Source: Candidatus Latescibacterota bacterium (lineage in GTDB: Bacteria; Latescibacterota; UBA2968; UBA8231). From it: a stretch of DNA of 64,000 nucleotides. This document shows, piece by piece, positions 59,766 to 64,000 of this stretch. The stretch spans positions 6,176,001 to 6,240,000 of the forward strand of contig OZ242214.1 of assembly GCA_965206595.1 (NCBI GenBank), given 5' to 3'. The notes beneath the pieces were generated by a model, which was not told the DNA's origin, made no database searches, and was given only the letters and a program-made list of their open reading frames with translations. The stretch's first letter is position 1. The number at the start of each line of letters is the position of its first letter. Made by a program: the position numbers and the translations under genes.

Positions 59766-60794
59766 TTAGCCGGAGCTTTCGAGTCCGAGCTCTTCGGAGT
59801 AGGCGAAAAGGGCGGGGGTGCCGCCTGTGTGCACGAACAACAGGGTGTGTTCGCGGGACCACCAGCCGCGCCCGATGTGGGCGATCAGCCCGGCCATGGT
59901 CTTTCCCGTATACGAGGGGTCGAGCAGGAGCCCTTCGGCGCGGGCGACCTGCTTGATGGCAGCGCGACTTTCTTCGGTGACGACCCCGTAGTCCGGTCCG
60001 ACGAACTCGGCGTAGCTCTCGAAGTCCTCCGCCTCGAACTTGAGGTCGAGGTCGAGAATGCGCGCCTGTTCGGCGGCCAGGGCGGCCATCCTCCCCGCTG
60101 CCTCGGCATCGTCGCGCGGGGCGGAACTGATTCCGACGATGCGCAGGCCGAGTCCGAGCGCCTTGCTGGCGACCACCATGCCGGTGTGGGTGTGGGCCCC
60201 GGAGCAGAGGTAGACGGCGTCGGGCCGGATTTTTCTGCTCTGCAACTGTTCCCACAGCTCGAGGAAGCCGTCGACGTAAGCGATGCCGCGATAAATGAAA
60301 CCGTCCGTGCTGGTGTTGAAGGGGCGGTGGCCCGCGGCCCGCAGCTCTTCCATGCGCGTGGCGATCGCCGCGGTCTGGGAGTCCGGCGGTTCCAGGAAAA
60401 CCTCGGCCCCGAAGAGACGCGATAGCAGCAGATTGCCCTGGCTGTGGGCATGGGCGTCCCGGCGGCCGACGACGACGGAACGCAGCCCGAGCCTGGCGGC
60501 GACGGCCGCGGTCTGGCGCGACTGGTTCGACTGCGCCGCGGCCCCGTGCAGCAGCACGTCGCAGCCCTGTTCCACCGCCTGCGCCAGCGAGTACTCGAAC
60601 TCCCTGATCTTGTTTCCCCCCATGGCCAGGCCGGTGAGGTCCTCCCGCTTGACCAACAGGCGGGGCCCGAGCTCGGCGCTCAGCCGCGGCAACGGCTCGA
60701 GCGGGGTAGGGAGGATCGCGAGGTTCAAGCGGGGCAGGCGCCCCAGGCGCTCGCGGATTTCTGACGCCGTGAAGGTCAAGGGGGTTCGTCCCAA
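59766..60794 (-). CDS. D-cysteine desulfhydrase / ACC deaminase family PLP enzyme
   Basis: PTPLE.L..LS, VKREDLTGLAMGGNKIR, QSNQSRQTA, GNLLL, EGLLLDPSYTGK, FVHTGG. Confidence 0.88.
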   Translation of the reverse strand: MGRTPLTFTASEIRERLGRLPRLNLAILPTPLEPLPRLSAELGPRLLVKREDLTGLAMGGNKIREFEYSLAQAVEQGCDVLLHGAAAQSNQSRQTAAVAARLGLRSVVVGRRDAHAHSQGNLLLSRLFGAEVFLEPPDSQTAAIATRMEELRAAGHRPFNTSTDGFIYRGIAYVDGFLELWEQLQSRKIRPDAVYLCSGAHTHTGMVVASKALGLGLRIVGISSAPRDDAEAAGRMAALAAEQARILDLDLKFEAEDFESYAEFVGPDYGVVTEESRAAIKQVARAEGLLLDPSYTGKTMAGLIAHIGRGWWSREHTLLFVHTGGTPALFAYSEELGLESSG

Positions 60795-61034
60795 GCTGCG
60801 GAGAGGGTATTAGTTTAGAAGATAGGTTCGGGCCGAGCAGGGAGCCATCGCCGCCCGTCCGCACGACTTTAGATAAATTCAATGCAGCAAACAAGTTGTC
60901 GAATTCAGGAGGCGTCCTTAGGTTAAACGGATGTAACGTTTCCCGCCGCTTGCTTTACAGTTCGGCCTCTTCTCGCTGCCTTCCTCCCCCACCGCGAGAC
61001 CCAGGCGCCGGACTGAAACCGACTCCACGGCGAC

Positions 61035-63326
61035 ATGGACCTGGTAGAGCCGATTCCCCCCGAACTCGAGGGGCACCTGCGCAAAAAGCTGCGACCCGGG
61101 GAGCTGCTGATGGTGTTGCTGTCGTCGGACATCTCGCAGCAGGGCCGCTTCGACAGCTCCTGGCTGGCGATGACGGACGAGCGCCTAATGGTGCTGCGCT
61201 CGAACGGCGCCGGCATGGAGGAGCTGGAGGAGGTCCCCCTCGCCGACATCGAGAAGGTTCGCACCAGGAGCTACGTCGGCAACGGCACTCTGGTCGTCGA
61301 CCTGCCGGGGGGCAGCCGCGAGATCGTGCGTTTCTCCCAGGGAGCGTTCTACAAGTTCTCCGCGGTCCCACAGGTCGTCGAGGCAGCCCTCCTGTATCCG
61401 GCCGCCGAGGAAACCGCAAGCGAGGACGCCTCTCCCATACGCCGCGTCGAGTACTGCCGGACATGCGGCCGCGCCCTGCGTTCGGGCTCGACGGTATGCC
61501 CGAACTGCATTCGCAAGACCGAGACCTTCTGGCGGCTGCTCTCGTACATCCGCCCGTACAAACGGATCGCCGCCACCGGGTTCCTGCTGACCGTCACCGT
61601 CACCGCCATCAGCTTGCTGCCGCCGCTCCTGAACGAGAAGCTGATAGACGAGGTTCTCACCCCGGCCATACACGAGTACACCAGCCTCGAGGAAAGCGGC
61701 GCCTCGCTCGAGCACTGGAGCCCTCCCGCCGAAGCGGTGACGCTGCTGGGTTGGATCGTCCTATGCCTGCTGGGAATCCACCTCGGCCGCACCCTGCTCA
61801 ACAGCCTGCGCAGCTACAGTCTCGGCTGGCTCGGGCAGCGCGTGGTGTACGACCTGCAGACGGAGATCTTCGAGTGCCTGCAGTTCATGTCGCTGAGCTT
61901 TTACAGCCGCATGAGCACCGGCCGGGTGATGAACCGCGTCACCGGGGATACCGACCGCATGCGCCAGTTCATCACGCGCGGCTTTCAGGACATGGTGATC
62001 TCCGGCCTCACCGTCATCGGGATCGGCGCGGTACTGCTCTACAAGAACTGGGAGCTGGCCCTGCTCGCCCTGGTGCCGACCTCGATGATCGCGATAGGGA
62101 CCATCCTCTACACCCGGCGCGTGCACTGGGTCTACCACACGATCTGGCGGCGTGTCGCCACGCTCAACGCCCACCTCGCCGACACCATTCCCGGTGTCAA
62201 GGTGGTCAAGGCGTTCGCCCAGGAAGACAGGGAGCGCAAGCGCTTCGACCGGCGCAACGACCAGCTCGTCGAGGCGCGCATGGCGTCGGTCAGGATGCGC
62301 TCCCTCTTCCTGCCCGGAATCGCCTTCTTCACTTCGGTGGGATCGGTGGTTCTCTGGTGGTTCGGCGGCCATCGCGTCCTCAATGCGACGCTGACCCTCG
62401 GGGAGCTGCAGGCGTTCATCTCCTACATGATGATGTTCTATTCTCCGGTGGGAACCCTCTGCACCCTTTCCGACGACCTCGAGTCGGCCGCCACCTCGGC
62501 GGAACGTGTATTCGAGATCCTCGACACCGAACCGGATATCGTCGACGCCCCGGACGCCATCGACCCCGGCGTCATCGCCGGCCGCGTCGAGTTTCGCGAC
62601 GTCAGCTTCACCTACGACGGCTTCGCGCGCATCCTCGACCGCGTCTCCTTCGCGGCCGAACCCGGGGAGATGATCGGCATCGTGGGACCGAGCGGTGCCG
62701 GCAAGTCGACGCTAGTCAACCTCGTCTCGCGGTTCTACGACGCCACCGACGGCGCCGTCCTGATCGACGGCATCCCGGTCACCGGGATGAAGCAGCAGCG
62801 GCTGCGCGCCCAGGTCGGCGTGGTGCTGCAGGAGCCGTTGCTGTTCCAGGGCACCATCGCCGAGAACATCGCCTACGGCTGCCCCCAAGCGGAGCCGGAG
62901 GAGGTGATCGCCGCCGCGAGAGCGGCGAACGCGCACCAGTTCATCATGAATTTTCCCGACGGCTACGAAACCGAGGTGGGGGAGCGCGGGGGGCGGCTGT
63001 CGGGCGGCGAGCGCCAGCGGATCTCCATCGCCCGGGCGCTGATCGGCGACCCGCGCATCCTGATCCTCGACGAGGCGACCAGCTCCGTCGACACCGAAAC
63101 GGAGTACGAGATCCAGGAGGCGCTGGAGAGACTGATCGCCGACCGCACCACCTTTGCGATCGCCCACCGGTTGTCGACCCTCAAGAACGCCGACCGCCTG
63201 CTGGTGCTGGAGCGCGGCAGGGTAGCCGAAGTCGGCACCCACGCCGAGCTGCTGGGGCGCGAGGACGGGGTCTACCGCAGGCTCGTCGACATGCAGTCGG
63301 AACTCGCCAGGGTGAGAGCCCTGTAG
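61035..63326 (+). CDS. ABC exporter (TMD-NBD fusion) with an extra N-terminal domain and zinc ribbon
   Basis: CRTC..VCPNC; ABC membrane domain; GPSGAGKST, LSGGERQRISIARA, ILDEATSSVD, IAHRLST. Confidence 0.92.
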   Translation: MDLVEPIPPELEGHLRKKLRPGELLMVLLSSDISQQGRFDSSWLAMTDERLMVLRSNGAGMEELEEVPLADIEKVRTRSYVGNGTLVVDLPGGSREIVRFSQGAFYKFSAVPQVVEAALLYPAAEETASEDASPIRRVEYCRTCGRALRSGSTVCPNCIRKTETFWRLLSYIRPYKRIAATGFLLTVTVTAISLLPPLLNEKLIDEVLTPAIHEYTSLEESGASLEHWSPPAEAVTLLGWIVLCLLGIHLGRTLLNSLRSYSLGWLGQRVVYDLQTEIFECLQFMSLSFYSRMSTGRVMNRVTGDTDRMRQFITRGFQDMVISGLTVIGIGAVLLYKNWELALLALVPTSMIAIGTILYTRRVHWVYHTIWRRVATLNAHLADTIPGVKVVKAFAQEDRERKRFDRRNDQLVEARMASVRMRSLFLPGIAFFTSVGSVVLWWFGGHRVLNATLTLGELQAFISYMMMFYSPVGTLCTLSDDLESAATSAERVFEILDTEPDIVDAPDAIDPGVIAGRVEFRDVSFTYDGFARILDRVSFAAEPGEMIGIVGPSGAGKSTLVNLVSRFYDATDGAVLIDGIPVTGMKQQRLRAQVGVVLQEPLLFQGTIAENIAYGCPQAEPEEVIAAARAANAHQFIMNFPDGYETEVGERGGRLSGGERQRISIARALIGDPRILILDEATSSVDTETEYEIQEALERLIADRTTFAIAHRLSTLKNADRLLVLERGRVAEVGTHAELLGREDGVYRRLVDMQSELARVRAL

Positions 63327-63336
63327 GAGAGATGGC

Positions 63337-63831
63337 ATGACCGGACACCAAACTGGCGGCTCCATGCTGGATGAGAAAGAGGTGACGCTGGCGCGCAACG
63401 CCGCGGGACAGCTCTGCCTGTCGGCAGCGGGAAAATCGTTCGCGGACATCGGCGTGCGGCGCGCCTTTCCACTTGAATTCCCTTTCCGCTACATCTCGTT
63501 CCTCGACGGCGAGGGGACGGAAATCGGGATGATCCGCGATCTGGAGATGCTGGAACCGGACAGCCGGGAGGTGCTGAGAGAGGCGCTGCACCGCATCTAC
63601 TTCCTCCCGGTGGTCGAGGCCATCCCCCATATCCGGGAGGAGTACGGCGTCATCCTGGCGGACCTGGAAACCTCCAGCGGCCCGCGGCGGATCGAGGTCC
63701 GCGGCTACCGGCGAAACGTCCGGCCCCTGTCGCGCGGCCGCGCCCTCATCGAGGACGTCGACGGCAACCGCTACGAGCTGCGCGACTGGTCGCGGCTGCC
63801 GAAACGGACCCGCGAGATGTTTGGTCTGTAG
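63337..63831 (+). CDS. DUF1854 domain protein
   Basis: VRRAFP....YISF....G.EIG.I, YFLP.V..I, ET..G, LIEDVDGNRY; follows the ABC exporter as is typical for this family. Confidence 0.8.
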   Translation: MTGHQTGGSMLDEKEVTLARNAAGQLCLSAAGKSFADIGVRRAFPLEFPFRYISFLDGEGTEIGMIRDLEMLEPDSREVLREALHRIYFLPVVEAIPHIREEYGVILADLETSSGPRRIEVRGYRRNVRPLSRGRALIEDVDGNRYELRDWSRLPKRTREMFGL

Positions 63832-63887
63832 ATGAACGTCCGGCCCGCGGCCGGCGTCAGAGGTTCTTCCTGGAGGGCAGCTCCGAC

Positions 63888-64000
63888 TCAGCTCCCGCCG
63901 GCGAAGAAGCGGCGCATCTTCTCCATGCCGATGCGCACCGTTTCCGCCGGGTCCCGCTCCCACCACTCCCGGTTGAACAGCTCGAGCGAGACGTACCCCG
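63888..64000 (-). CDS. C-terminus of a sugar phosphate isomerase/epimerase (TIM-barrel) protein, partial
   Basis: Minus-strand translation GYVSLELFNREWWERDPAETVRIGMEKMRRFFAGGS*; the gene continues beyond the window. Confidence 0.65.
   Translation of the reverse strand, partial: GYVSLELFNREWWERDPAETVRIGMEKMRRFFAGGS

Noticed and set aside
57044-59956. 970-aa plus-strand ORF
   Set aside because: Antisense to glcE and glcD, which have clear motifs; no domain signal of its own

Overview
This is a high-GC bacterial chromosome segment, mostly housekeeping, envelope-biogenesis and carbohydrate genes. Gene content (PorX-type PglZ response regulator next to tsaE, fused SecDF, type-2 IleRS, FadL/PorV-like barrel, peptidase-propeller-Omp85 fusion, C-terminal TWGxIK tail) suggests a diderm FCB-superphylum organism, for example a Latescibacterota/Gemmatimonadota-like and possibly sponge-associated lineage; this is inference. 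I saw no rRNA, tRNA, CRISPR array, transposase or integrase. Main points of interest: (1) a ~7.4 kb gene for an acidic Ig-repeat autotransporter-like adhesin containing a near-identical 576-bp x ~4.9 tandem array; (2) right after it, a small secreted temptin-like protein with a CxxCH motif and a TWGRIK tail, a possible uncharacterised sorting signal; (3) a split Tm-1 locus (UPF0261 + cupin + TIM-barrel) with a candidate structured intergenic RNA; (4) a histidine kinase with a triplicated sensor module coupled to porX-tsaE and followed by several outer-membrane barrels and lipoproteins; (5) a eukaryote-type xylulokinase, an ATP-cone 2-phosphoglycerate kinase, a degenerate GH78-like protein and a frameshifted TrmH-family pseudogene. 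All calls come from reading motifs by eye; no searches were run.
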